From Chloroflexota bacterium (lineage in GTDB: Bacteria > Chloroflexota > Dehalococcoidia > Lucifugimonadales > Australimonadaceae), in assembly GCA_028875085.1 (NCBI GenBank), contig JAPPFU010000083.1, positions 1 through 26,737 of the forward strand: a DNA stretch of 26,737 bases, written 5' to 3'. Under the pieces are notes generated by a model. It was not told the origin of the DNA. It was given only the letters and a program-made list of their open reading frames with translations, and searched no databases. Positions 7,932-17,237 of this stretch are shown piece by piece. The stretch's first letter is position 1; every line of letters starts with the position of its first letter. The position numbers and the translations under genes are program-made.

Positions 7932-9229
7932 TCGACCTAAACCTGCTCCGCCACGACCCGGACGGCCTCAAGCGCTCCCTCGAGCGCCGGGGCGAAGACC
8001 CCGCCGTGGTGGACGAGGCGCGCCAAACGGACGAGCAACGCCGCGCCCTCGCGCTCGAAGGAGACACGCTCCGCGAGCAGCGCAACGCGGCGAGCAAGGC
8101 TATCGGCGCGTTGATGCGGGGAAGCGCTCCGTCCGAGACGGACAGGGCGCGCCTGGAGGAGATGCGCGAGGAGGTGAGGCGCGTCGGTGAGCGCATCGGC
8201 GCCGTCGAGCAGGAGCACGCCACCGCCAATGCCCGCTTGCGTGAATTGCTGCTGACCATCGCCAACCCGCCCCAAGACGATGTGCCCGACGGCGGCGACG
8301 AATCGGACAACGTCATCGTGAGGGAGGTCGGCGAGCGGTCGGCGTTCGACTTCGAGCCCAAGGAGCATTGGGCGCTGGCGGAGTCGCTGGGGTTGGTGGA
8401 CATGGAGCGGGGCGCCAAGCTGTCCGGCTCGCGCTTCTACGTGCTGGGTGAGCAGGGCGCGCGCCTCCAACGCGCCCTTGTCTCCTACATGCTTGACCTC
8501 CACCGCCGCGACCACGGCTACCGCGAGATGGGCGTGCCGCTGCTGGTGCGCCCCGAAGTGATGGAGGGATCGGGCCAGTTGCCCAAGTTTGCGGACAACC
8601 TGTACCACGACGACGAGGACGACCTGTGGCTCATCCCCACGGCGGAGGTTCCGCTGGCCAACCTGCACCGAGACGAGATACTGCCGCCGGGCGCGCTGCC
8701 CATCCGCTACATGGCGCACACGCACTGCTTCCGTCGCGAGAAGGCCGCCGCCGGGCGCGATACGAGGGGCATTAAGCGCGTCCACCAATTCGAAAAGGTG
8801 GAACTGTTTCACTTCACGACGCCTGAGGATTCGGGGGCGGCGCTGGACGCGCTGTTAAGCCACGCTGAGGCGGTCTGCTCCGGTCTGGAACTCCCCTATC
8901 GCGTGCAGGAGCACTGCACCGGCGATCTGCCGTTTCAGGTATGCAAGTCGTACGACATCGACGTGTGGGCGCCCGCTTCGCAAGAGTGGTTGGAGGTCTC
9001 CTCATGCTCCAACTGCGGCGATTTCCAAGCGCGTCGCGCCAACATCCGCTTCCGGCGCGAGCAGGGCGCGCGGCCAGAGTTCGTTCACACGCTCAATGGC
9101 TCGGGGCTGGCGCTGCCGCGCATCGTGATTGCGCTGATAGAGAGCGGCCAGCGCACGGACGGAAGCGTCCGCCTGCCGGACGCGCTCGTTCCCTACATGG
9201 GGCAAGCGGCGTTGACGCCCGCTGTCTGA
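7928..9229 (+). CDS. serS: Serine--tRNA ligase
   Basis: N-terminal coiled coil, GAKLSGSRFY, LIPTAEVPL, FRREKAAAGRDTRGIKRVHQFEKVE, EVSSCSNCGDFQARR and TLNGSGLA. ATGA overlap with lysS. Confidence 0.97.
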   Translation: MIDLNLLRHDPDGLKRSLERRGEDPAVVDEARQTDEQRRALALEGDTLREQRNAASKAIGALMRGSAPSETDRARLEEMREEVRRVGERIGAVEQEHATANARLRELLLTIANPPQDDVPDGGDESDNVIVREVGERSAFDFEPKEHWALAESLGLVDMERGAKLSGSRFYVLGEQGARLQRALVSYMLDLHRRDHGYREMGVPLLVRPEVMEGSGQLPKFADNLYHDDEDDLWLIPTAEVPLANLHRDEILPPGALPIRYMAHTHCFRREKAAAGRDTRGIKRVHQFEKVELFHFTTPEDSGAALDALLSHAEAVCSGLELPYRVQEHCTGDLPFQVCKSYDIDVWAPASQEWLEVSSCSNCGDFQARRANIRFRREQGARPEFVHTLNGSGLALPRIVIALIESGQRTDGSVRLPDALVPYMGQAALTPAV

Positions 9230-9335
9230 GCGCGTCGCACGGTGTGCGCATTGGCCTTTCGGCGCAACCTTGCAGCGTTGACTACCGCGCTCGCGGCAAT
9301 CCTAGAATGCCGATAAGTCTTCCTAGGAGCGTTAT

Positions 9336-10598
9336 TTGCACGAACGCAGCATCCTCTCCAATGGCCTCCGCGTGCTCACGAGCGCCATGCCGCATACGCG
9401 GTCGGTCTCCGTCGGTGTCTTCGTCGGAGCGGGCTCCAGGTACGAACACGACGCCATCGCGGGAGCGTCGCACTTCCTCGAGCATATGCTCTTCAAAGGC
9501 TCGCCTAAGCGCCCGCAACCGCAACTCATCTCCGGCGCGATCGAGGGGGTCGGCGGCGTCATCAACGCCAGCACCGACCGCGAAGTCACCACCTACTGGA
9601 CCAAGACGCCCGCGAACCACTTCGGCCTCGCGATGGACGTGCTGGCCGATATGGTGCGCCGTCCGCTCCTGCCGCCCGACGAGTACGAGCGCGAGCGCGG
9701 CGTCATCCTCGAAGAGTTGGCGATGACCTACGATCAGCCGGACGCCTATGCCGACTTGCTCATCGACCAGACGCTTTGGCCCGATCAGCCGATGGGGCGC
9801 GACATAGGCGGAACGCCCGAATCGGTGCGGGCGATGCCCCTCGCTGCCGTCGCCGAGTACCACGCGCGCCAATACATCCCCGCCAACGCGGTGGTGGCCG
9901 TCGCCGGGAACGTTACGCACGAGCAGGCCGTCGCAGAGGCGGAGGCGCTGTTGGGCGATTGGGCGGGCGGCGACCCCTTGGCGCCGTATCGGGTGGAGGC
10001 GTCCGCGCCAGGCGCAAGGGTGGTCATAGCGCAGAAGCGCACGAACCAGGCGCACGTGGCGCTGGCGTTGGAGGGGGTGCCCGGCGACGACCCCGCCCGC
10101 TATGCGGTGGACATCCTGAGCACGGCGCTGGGCGACGGAATGACCAGCCGCCTGTTCGTCGAACTGCGCGAACGCCAAGGCCTGGTCTACGAGATATTCT
10201 CCTGCGCGTCGCACTACCGCGATTGCGGGGCGCTCTCCGTCTATTTCGGCTCCGACCCCAAGAAGGTGGACGACGCCATCGGCGCGGTGCTGAGCGAACT
10301 TGACCGCTTGCGCCAGGGCCTCGACGCTGAGGAACTGCGCCGCGTCGTCGAGTACTCGACGGGGCGCATGATGCTGCGGTTGGAGGACACGCGCTCGGCG
10401 ATGGCGTGGCTCGGCGCGCAGGAACTGCTGCACGGTGAGACGCGCACGCCGGAGGAGGTGGCCGCCGAGGTGCGCGCCCTCACGCCGGACGACATCCGCC
10501 GTGCGGCTGAGCGCTGCCTGCTCCCGAACGCATGCAAGCTGGCGGTGGTCGGCCCCTACCGCTCCCAAGCCCGCTTCCAACGCCTCCTCGCCGCGTAA
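9336..10598 (+). CDS. M16 family (pitrilysin/insulinase-like) zinc peptidase
   Basis: Inverted zinc motif SHFLEH, NASTDREVTTY, ERGVILEE and LFVELRERQGLVY. TTG start after an AGGAG RBS. Confidence 0.92.
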   Translation: MHERSILSNGLRVLTSAMPHTRSVSVGVFVGAGSRYEHDAIAGASHFLEHMLFKGSPKRPQPQLISGAIEGVGGVINASTDREVTTYWTKTPANHFGLAMDVLADMVRRPLLPPDEYERERGVILEELAMTYDQPDAYADLLIDQTLWPDQPMGRDIGGTPESVRAMPLAAVAEYHARQYIPANAVVAVAGNVTHEQAVAEAEALLGDWAGGDPLAPYRVEASAPGARVVIAQKRTNQAHVALALEGVPGDDPARYAVDILSTALGDGMTSRLFVELRERQGLVYEIFSCASHYRDCGALSVYFGSDPKKVDDAIGAVLSELDRLRQGLDAEELRRVVEYSTGRMMLRLEDTRSAMAWLGAQELLHGETRTPEEVAAEVRALTPDDIRRAAERCLLPNACKLAVVGPYRSQARFQRLLAA

Positions 10599-10651
10599 CC
10601 TCGCCCCGACGCGTGTCGCTCCCAAGCGCCCGCTCCGTCGTGTATTGTGCT

Positions 10652-10680
10652 GTAGGGACAGGTTTCAAACCTGTCCCTAC
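10652..10680. repeat. GTAG-type REP palindrome (GTAGGGACAGGTTT-C-AAACCTGTCCCTAC)
   Basis: Perfect 14-bp inverted repeat that begins with GTAG on both strands; intergenic. Confidence 0.8.
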
Positions 10681-10698
10681 GTGATAAAGGAATTTGCC

Positions 10699-11091
10699 AT
10701 GCCCACCGCTCGCGGAGTCCTTGAGGTCAACATTGAGCCAGAACCGCCCTTTCTCGAGCAGGACGGGGTGAGGCTGAATCGCAACGTCGTGCGCAAGCAA
10801 TTCTCCGGCGATGTCGTCGGCGCCTCGGAGGCGCAGATGATTGCCGCCTTCACGGACACGCCCGGTTCGGCGGGCTACGTGGCCATCGAGCATTTCACCG
10901 GCTCAGTGAACGGGAAGTCGGGTTCGTTCGTGCTCCAGCACAACGGAGTGATGGATAAAGGCGACGCCCAGTTGACGGTGACGGTCGTGCCCGACTCCGG
11001 CGCCGGAGCATTGGCTGGCATCTCAGGCAACCTAGCCATCGACAACGACGAGGGCCGCCACTCCTACACGTTGGAGTACGAACTGGCCTGA
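10699..11091 (+). CDS. DUF3224 domain-containing protein
   Basis: KQFSGDVVGAS, GSAGYVAIEHFTGSVNGKSGSFVLQH and VVPDSGAGALAGISG. AAAGGA RBS before the ATG at 10699. Confidence 0.85.
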   Translation: MPTARGVLEVNIEPEPPFLEQDGVRLNRNVVRKQFSGDVVGASEAQMIAAFTDTPGSAGYVAIEHFTGSVNGKSGSFVLQHNGVMDKGDAQLTVTVVPDSGAGALAGISGNLAIDNDEGRHSYTLEYELA

Positions 11092-11122
11092 GCATGGCCA
11101 ACGCAGGGCTTACCCTCCGCCT

Positions 11123-11131
11123 TGCTATACT
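11123..11131 (+). promoter_or_regulatory. Extended -10 element (TGc-TATACT), probable leaderless start of the DRTGG gene
   Basis: TGCTATACT ends 7 nt before the ATG at 11139; no Shine-Dalgarno in between. Confidence 0.55.
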
Positions 11132-11138
11132 CGCGGCT

Positions 11139-12086
11139 ATGCCGATCATCTACATTGCGGGGGCTGCGCCGGGCGCCGGAGCCACCGCCGTTGCGGGCGG
11201 CCTCGCCCTCGCTTTGCGCCGTCGCGGCGTGGACGCCGCCGCCGTCAAGGTCGCCGCGGACGGCGATGGAGGAGCCGACGCCCGCGTCTTGGCCGATGCC
11301 CTGGGCGTCGAGGACGCGCAGCCCCTGAACGCAGCCGATGCGGACGCCGCCGCGGAGGCGCTCTCCGCCGCAGCCGCGTCAACCGGCGCGCTGGTGGTGG
11401 ACGGTCTGCCGCTTTCCGATGCCTCGGTTGACTTTGCCGCCCGCATCGGCGCGCGGGTCGTCGGCGTCCAGCCTTACGGCGTGGAGCCTGCCGACTGGCG
11501 TACTGCGTTCGGCGGCGCGCTGACCGGCGTGCTGGTCAACCGCCGCGCCCGCTACGCCGAGCACGACGCGGCAACGCGCCTAGCGCCGCGTCTGGAGGCC
11601 GAGGGCGCGCCGGTGCTGGCGGTCGTGCCGGACGACCGGCGTATGCTGGCGGTGAGCGTGAGCGAGATTGCCGAGGCACTCTCCGCCGACTTCTACGCGT
11701 GGCCGTCGGAGGGCGCGCGACTCATCGACCGCTTCATCATCGGCGGCCTCATCGCCGAATGGGGGGGCAACTACTTCGGACGCTACCCCGACCAGGCCGT
11801 CATCGTGCGCGGGGGCCGCACAGACATCCAGATGGCCGCCCTCAACTTCCCACTCGCCTGCCTGATCCTTACCGCTTGCGAGCAGCCCCCGCAGTACGTG
11901 CGGCAGCGCGCCCAGGCCGAGCGCGTGCCCCTGATGAGCGTCGCCGAGGGAACGCTCGCCGCCGCCGCCGCCCTCGAGGCGCTCACCGAACGCGCCGCCG
12001 TCCACCACCCGGACAAGTTGCGCCGCTTCGCCGACCTGTTGGAGGGCGCGCCCGGCTGGGCGGCCATCGAGGCGGCCGCAGCCTAG
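11139..12086 (+). CDS. DRTGG-domain protein (stand-alone Pta N-terminal / BioD-like family)
   Basis: N-terminal P-loop-like segment IYIAGAAPGAGATAV, then GVLVN, VPDDRRMLAVSV and QAVIVRGGRTDIQMAAL...LILT. Start moved to MPIIY. Confidence 0.78.
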   Translation: MPIIYIAGAAPGAGATAVAGGLALALRRRGVDAAAVKVAADGDGGADARVLADALGVEDAQPLNAADADAAAEALSAAAASTGALVVDGLPLSDASVDFAARIGARVVGVQPYGVEPADWRTAFGGALTGVLVNRRARYAEHDAATRLAPRLEAEGAPVLAVVPDDRRMLAVSVSEIAEALSADFYAWPSEGARLIDRFIIGGLIAEWGGNYFGRYPDQAVIVRGGRTDIQMAALNFPLACLILTACEQPPQYVRQRAQAERVPLMSVAEGTLAAAAALEALTERAAVHHPDKLRRFADLLEGAPGWAAIEAAAA

Positions 12087-13713
12087 AGCAACCGCTGCGC
12101 CGTCTCCCTCGCGTCGTCCAGCGTCTCCACGAACTGGCTTGGCGGAACGCTCCGCAGCACGTTCAGGGCTTGCAGGCTCTTGGCGGGCTGACCCCTTAGC
12201 CCCATGACGATGCACTCCGTATCCTGCGCCTTTGCGGTATCGACCATCTGCTCGATCACCAGCGCTGCGCTGTCGTCGATGTAGGTGGTCTTTGAGAAGT
12301 CGAGAATCACCACCTCGTGGTCGCGTATGTCCGCGCTGATGGTGTTGATGAGCTTTATCGACGACGCGACCGAGAAGCTGCCCCGCAGCGCCACCAGTCC
12401 GACGCTGGCGGAGAAGTCGCTCGGGTCGGCGGCGGCCTCGCCCGCCCTGAGGAAGCGCTGATTCAGCAGCGGCACGGAGACCACGCTGTCCAACTCCAGC
12501 CGTTCGAACTGCCGCGCGCTCGCCATCCCCGCTACGATCAGCCCTATGGCGACCGCCGTCACCAGGTCGAGGAACACGGTCAGGCCGAGCGTCGCCAGCA
12601 TGACGATGAGGTGCTCCGGCTGCACCCGGTGGATGCGCGTCAGGAAGCGCCAGTCGATGATGTCCCAGCCCACCTTCATCAGAATTCCGGCGAGCGCCGC
12701 GTGGGGAATTGCCTCGACGTATTGCCCCATCCCCAAAACGATCGCCAGCAGTATTGCCGCCCGCAACATCCCCGATACGGGCGTCCGTCCGCCTGCCCGT
12801 AAGTTCACTACCGTGCCCATCGTCGCCCCTGCGCCAGGCAGCCCGCCTACAAGCCCCGCCATCGCGTTGCCGATGCCCTGGCCCACCAGCTCCTTGTTCG
12901 CGTTGTGGCGGCTGCGCGTCATCGCGTCGGCCACCAGCGAGGTGAGAAGGCTGTCGATGGAGCCCAGCAGCGCAATCATCAGCGCCGGCTGCACCGCGTT
13001 CGTCAACGCGCCGGCGGACAGGTCGGGCAGTTGCAGATCAGGCAGACCCGTCGGCAGGTCGCCGATGACGGGCGTTTCGGTCAGCCACAGAACCCCCAGC
13101 AGCGTCCCCGCGATGAGCGCCGCCAGCATCGGGGCAGGAATTTCCTCAGCCTGCCGGGCCATGCCACCGCCACCGCCAGCGTAACCGCCGCGATGGCGAG
13201 CGCGCCGAAGTTGACGTCAGCCAGTGCTTCCGGCCACTTGCCCACCGCCCCGCTTGGCCCGCCCGTCGCCACCGGCGCCCCTAGGAACGGCAGCGTTTGC
13301 ATCAGGATGATGATGACGCCGACGCCCGACATGAAGCCCGATATCACCGAATAGGGCGTGAACGCTACGAAGCGGCCGATTCTGATCGCGCCAAGAAGCA
13401 CCTGGAACAACCCAGCCATGACAACGATGGTGAACGCTTTGCCCAAGTTGTCGGCATGGGCGGTTACGACAACGGCCATGACCACTGCCATCGGCCCGGT
13501 GGGGCCGGATATCTGGCCCCGCGTCCCGCCGAACACCGCCGAGAAGAAGCCGACCGCAATCGCGCCGTAGAGTCCGGCAAGCGCTCCCAGGCCGGACGCC
13601 ACGCCGAAAGCGAGCGCCACGGGCAACCCGACGACTGCCGACGTCACGCCTCCGAAGACATCGCCCCGGAGAGTCGTCAGGTCGTAGCTCAGACTAGGCG
13701 CGAGGCGCCGCAA
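12083..13713 (-). pseudogene. SulP/BicA-like anion transporter with STAS domain, split by a 1-nt frameshift near 13131-13134
   Basis: ORF 13081-13713 has GDVFGGVTSAVVGLPVALAFG and GQISGPTGP. ORF 12083-13162 continues with LGSIDSLLTS, NKELVGQGIGN and the STAS segment VVILDFSKTTYIDDSA. Adding one C to CTG-CCC-CG-ATG gives ...KFLPPMLAAL and a ~543-aa protein. Could be a sequencing error. Confidence 0.8.
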
Positions 13714-13868
13714 GGTCTGCGTGGCGCTGCCTCCTTGTTGCGGATGGGGCGGCGGAATTCGGCCATAAGCATAAGGCGCGCAGCGCAGCGCGCGTCGCCC
13801 CTCTCCCGGTCCTCATCCGCCCTCCGCCGGATTCTACAAGCCTTTGGGCGCCCGAACGCGTCCGGCGC

Positions 13869-13898
13869 TTGCGGCCATGCTTTCCTTTCCGGTATGCT
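13869..13898 (+). promoter_or_regulatory. Possible sigma70-like promoter of speD-speE
   Basis: TTGCGG (13869-13874), 18-nt spacer, TATGCT (13893-13898). Confidence 0.4.
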
Positions 13899-13954
13899 AC
13901 TTCCTTGCTGCCTTTAGGCGCGCTCCCATCTCAGGGGAAAGGGGGGCCCTGTGG

Positions 13955-14326
13955 TTGACTGCTCTCGGTATCCACCTGCTACTCGATCTCCGCGACTGTA
14001 ACTCCGCGCGGCTGGACGACCTCCTCTTCGTCAGAGACACGCTCGTCCGCGCCGCCGAAGAGACGGGCGCGACGGTCATCAACGACATCTTCCACCGCTT
14101 CTCGCCTCAGGGCGTCACCGGCGTCGTCGCCATCGCGGAGTCGCACCTGTGCATCCACACGTGGCCCGAGTACGGCTACGCAGCCGCCGATATCTTCACG
14201 TGCGGCCCGGGCTTCGACGCATCCGCCGCCGCCGAACTCATCATTGCGGCGTTCGAGTCCCGCGACCCTGAGGTGCGGGAGGTGGAGCGCGGCGCCCTTC
14301 TGCCCGTGGCCGCCGAGGGCGGCTAG
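13955..14326 (+). CDS. speD: S-adenosylmethionine decarboxylase proenzyme (class 1B)
   Basis: GIHLLLDL, HRFSPQGVTGVVAIAE|SHLCIHTWPEYGYAAADIFTCG with the self-cleavage ESH. TTG start after a G-rich RBS; next to speE. Confidence 0.9.
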   Translation: MTALGIHLLLDLRDCNSARLDDLLFVRDTLVRAAEETGATVINDIFHRFSPQGVTGVVAIAESHLCIHTWPEYGYAAADIFTCGPGFDASAAAELIIAAFESRDPEVREVERGALLPVAAEGG

Positions 14327-14334
14327 CCCGCCCG

Positions 14335-15282
14335 ATGCACGCCGTGCCCGCCGGGGGGTCGTGGCGTGTGCAGCAGCTCACTCCGGACCTGTTCGTGGCG
14401 GTGGCGGTGGAGCGCATCGTCCACTCGGGGCGAACCGCCTATCAGCACGTCCAGATCGTTGACACTGTCTCCTTCGGACGGATGCTCGTCCTCGACGGGC
14501 TAACCCAATCGTCCGAGGCGGACGAGTGGGTCTACCACGAGGCGCTTGTGCAGCCTGTGATGCTCGCCCACCGTAACCCCGAGCGCGTCTTCATCGCGGG
14601 CGGCGGCGAGGGGGCGACCGCCCGCGAGGTGCTGCGCCACCGCACGGTGCGGGAGGTGGTGATGGCGGACCTCGACCCGGAGGTCGTCGCGCTGTGCCGC
14701 GAGCATATGCCGCGCCTCAGCGGCGGCGCCTTCGACGACCCGCGCCTCACGCTGCTCTTCGAGGATGCGCGCGTCTACCTGGAGGAGCACGAGCAGCCCT
14801 TCGACGTCATCATTATCGACGTGCCCGATCCGCTGGAGGCGGGGCCTGCCTATCCGCTCTTCACGCGGGAGTTCTATCGCCTCCTGCGCTCGCGGCTGCG
14901 GCCCGGCGGGCTGATGGCCGCGCAGTCGGGCCCGGCCGGGCCGACCACCATCCACGAGACGTTCACCGCCGTGCACCGCACCATCGCCTCGGAACTTGCC
15001 AACGCCTCGCCCTACTGCGTGGGCATGCCGTCTTTCGGCCTCACGTGGGGCTTCGTCGCCGCCGGGCTGCCTGACGCGCCGAACGTCGCGGCGTCCGCGG
15101 CGGAGGCCGTCGACGCCGCTGCGGCATCCCGCCTCGACGGCGAGTCCCGTTACTACGACGGCGCCGCCCACGCGGGGATGTTCGGTTTGCCCAGGTTCGC
15201 GCGCCAGGCGCTCGCGGAGGAGACGCGCCTCATCACGATGGACGCGCCGCTGTTCGCGTACCAGCCGCCGCTGCCCGGCTAG
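14335..15282 (+). CDS. speE: Polyamine aminopropyltransferase (spermidine synthase family)
   Basis: TAYQHVQIVDT, GRMLVLDGLTQS, YHEALVQ, IAGGGEGATAREVL, DLDPEVV, FDVIIID and LFTREFY. Confidence 0.92.
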   Translation: MHAVPAGGSWRVQQLTPDLFVAVAVERIVHSGRTAYQHVQIVDTVSFGRMLVLDGLTQSSEADEWVYHEALVQPVMLAHRNPERVFIAGGGEGATAREVLRHRTVREVVMADLDPEVVALCREHMPRLSGGAFDDPRLTLLFEDARVYLEEHEQPFDVIIIDVPDPLEAGPAYPLFTREFYRLLRSRLRPGGLMAAQSGPAGPTTIHETFTAVHRTIASELANASPYCVGMPSFGLTWGFVAAGLPDAPNVAASAAEAVDAAAASRLDGESRYYDGAAHAGMFGLPRFARQALAEETRLITMDAPLFAYQPPLPG

Positions 15283-16010
15283 CCGCGGATGAGGAAGAGG
15301 AGGCCGACGGCGGCGAGCACGACCTCGACGAGGATGATGAAGAAGCGCTCGGAGACGCGCGTCACCACCCACCTGCCCGCGAAGCCGCCCGCGAACATCA
15401 CCAGGCCGATGCCCACGCCGATGAGCGCTAACTCCAAGGTCAGCAGATCGAACCCGCTCTGCGCGGGGATGCGCACGCCGTTCATCGCCACGTTCCCCGC
15501 GCTCATCGTCCCCACGAACGCGCCACGCGTCAGGCCGTAAGCGAGGAAAAAGGGCACGCCTAGCGGCCCCGCCGCGCCGAACAGGGCGGTTACGCCTGCT
15601 TGGACGGCGCCGAGAACGGCGAAGCCGCGCACGGGCATATGCCAATCCTGGCCTAGGGGCATCCGCCGGTAGACCACGACGAGCAGGAAGAAGGCGCCGA
15701 GCAGACGGGTGAGCGCTTCGGGCGGCGCGCTGGCAAGGATGAAGGTGCCCAGGATGGCGAACGGCAGGGCGCCGAGCGTCCACCAGACGACTACGCGCCA
15801 ATCGATCTCGCGACGATTGGCGATCATGCGCGCGAGGTTGGCCATCGTCATCGCCACCGCCAGCACCGCCACCGTCTCGCGGACGCCCAGCACGAGCGCC
15901 AAGATGGGCAGCATGATGATGGCGGTGCCGATGCCTACTACGCCGCCGACCACCGCCGCTCCGAACGCCGCCGCCACCACGCCCGCGCCGATGAGCAGTT
16001 CCTCGGTCAT
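15279..16010 (-). CDS. TSUP (TauE/SafE) family exporter
   Basis: GGVVGIGTAIIMLPIL near the N-terminus, a second G-rich motif GAAGPLGVPF, and about 8 transmembrane segments. Start taken at MTEELL. Confidence 0.82.
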   Translation of the reverse strand: MTEELLIGAGVVAAAFGAAVVGGVVGIGTAIIMLPILALVLGVRETVAVLAVAMTMANLARMIANRREIDWRVVVWWTLGALPFAILGTFILASAPPEALTRLLGAFFLLVVVYRRMPLGQDWHMPVRGFAVLGAVQAGVTALFGAAGPLGVPFFLAYGLTRGAFVGTMSAGNVAMNGVRIPAQSGFDLLTLELALIGVGIGLVMFAGGFAGRWVVTRVSERFFIILVEVVLAAVGLLFLIRG

Positions 16011-16110
16011 CGGCGCACCCCGCTGCGTGAACAACAACAAGGGGCGCCGGCCATAGGCGGGCGCCCCTCCGCGGCGGAGGCTGGGTTGCGGCAGGTACAG
16101 CCGCTCGGGC

Positions 16111-17217
16111 TCACGCCGCTTCCACGCCCGCGGCCACTGCGTCGGTCATCTGCTCCGTGCTCACGGCGCGGGCGCCGGCGGGCGCCAGGTCGGCGGTGCG
16201 CAGCCCCTCGGCCAGCGCGCCCTCCACGGCGGCATTGACGACGTGAGCCTCCTCGGCGAGGCCGAAGGAGTATTGGAGCATGAAGGCGGCGGAGAGAATC
16301 GCGCCCAGGGGGTTGGCCTTGCTCTGCCCCGCGATGTCCGGCGCGGTGCCGTGGATAGGCTCGTACAGGCCGCGCACGGCGCGCCGCCGCCCTCCGCCCG
16401 AGCGCGGCAGCCCGGCCAGGCTGGCCGACGGCAGCATCCCCAGCGAGCCGGTGATCACCGCCGCCTCGTCCGACAGGATGTCGCCGAACATATTGCCCAT
16501 CACCAGCACGTCGAACGACGCGGGGCGCGTAACGAGGAGCATGGCGCAGGAGTCGACCAGTTGGTGCTCCAGCGTCACGTCGGGGTAGTCCTTGGCGACG
16601 TCGTTGGCGACTTCGCGCCACATGCGGCTCACTTCGAGGACGTTCGCCTTGTCCACGGAGGTGACCCTGCGCGAGCGGGTGCGCGCCAGTTCGAAGGCGG
16701 TGCGCATGATGCGGTCCACCTCGCGCTCAGAGTAGCGCATGGCGTCCACGCCCTGGCGCCCGGCTTTGGTCGTCCAGCGGCGCTTGGGCTTGCCGTAGTA
16801 GAGGCCGCCGGTCAACTCGCGGATGATGATGAGGTCGACGCCGTTCACGCGGTCGTTCTTGACGGGGCTGGCCTCCTCCATGCCGGGGAAGATCTTGACC
16901 GGCCGGATGTTGGCGAAGAGGCCGAGCGCCTTGCGCAGACCTAGGATGGCGGCCTCGGGGCGCACGGGCGCGTCGTCCCACTTGGGGCCGCCGACGGCGC
17001 CGAACAGCACCGCGTCCGCCTTGCGCGCGAGCGCCGTCGTCTCGGCGCGGGGCGGCGCGCCGGGGTTGTCGATGCTCACGCCGCCCACGGCGGCGGAGGC
17101 GGAGCGGAAGGTGTGCTTGAAGCGCCGCCCCACCGTGTCGAGCACGCGCTGGGCGGCGGAGGTAACCTCGACGCCGATGCCGTCGCCGGGGAGAACGAGC
17201 AGGTCGAACGTAGCCAT
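16111..17217 (-). CDS. leuB: 3-isopropylmalate dehydrogenase
   Basis: LLVLPGDGIGVEV, AVLFGAVGGPKWD, IRELTGGLYYG, VDKANVL, NMFGDILSDEA and YEPIHGTAPDIAGQSKANP. Real start MATFDL at 17217, inside the longer ORF-track ORF. Confidence 0.96.
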   Translation of the reverse strand: MATFDLLVLPGDGIGVEVTSAAQRVLDTVGRRFKHTFRSASAAVGGVSIDNPGAPPRAETTALARKADAVLFGAVGGPKWDDAPVRPEAAILGLRKALGLFANIRPVKIFPGMEEASPVKNDRVNGVDLIIIRELTGGLYYGKPKRRWTTKAGRQGVDAMRYSEREVDRIMRTAFELARTRSRRVTSVDKANVLEVSRMWREVANDVAKDYPDVTLEHQLVDSCAMLLVTRPASFDVLVMGNMFGDILSDEAAVITGSLGMLPSASLAGLPRSGGGRRRAVRGLYEPIHGTAPDIAGQSKANPLGAILSAAFMLQYSFGLAEEAHVVNAAVEGALAEGLRTADLAPAGARAVSTEQMTDAVAAGVEAA

Positions 17218-17237
17218 AGCGTGCGCCTCCGGGGATG

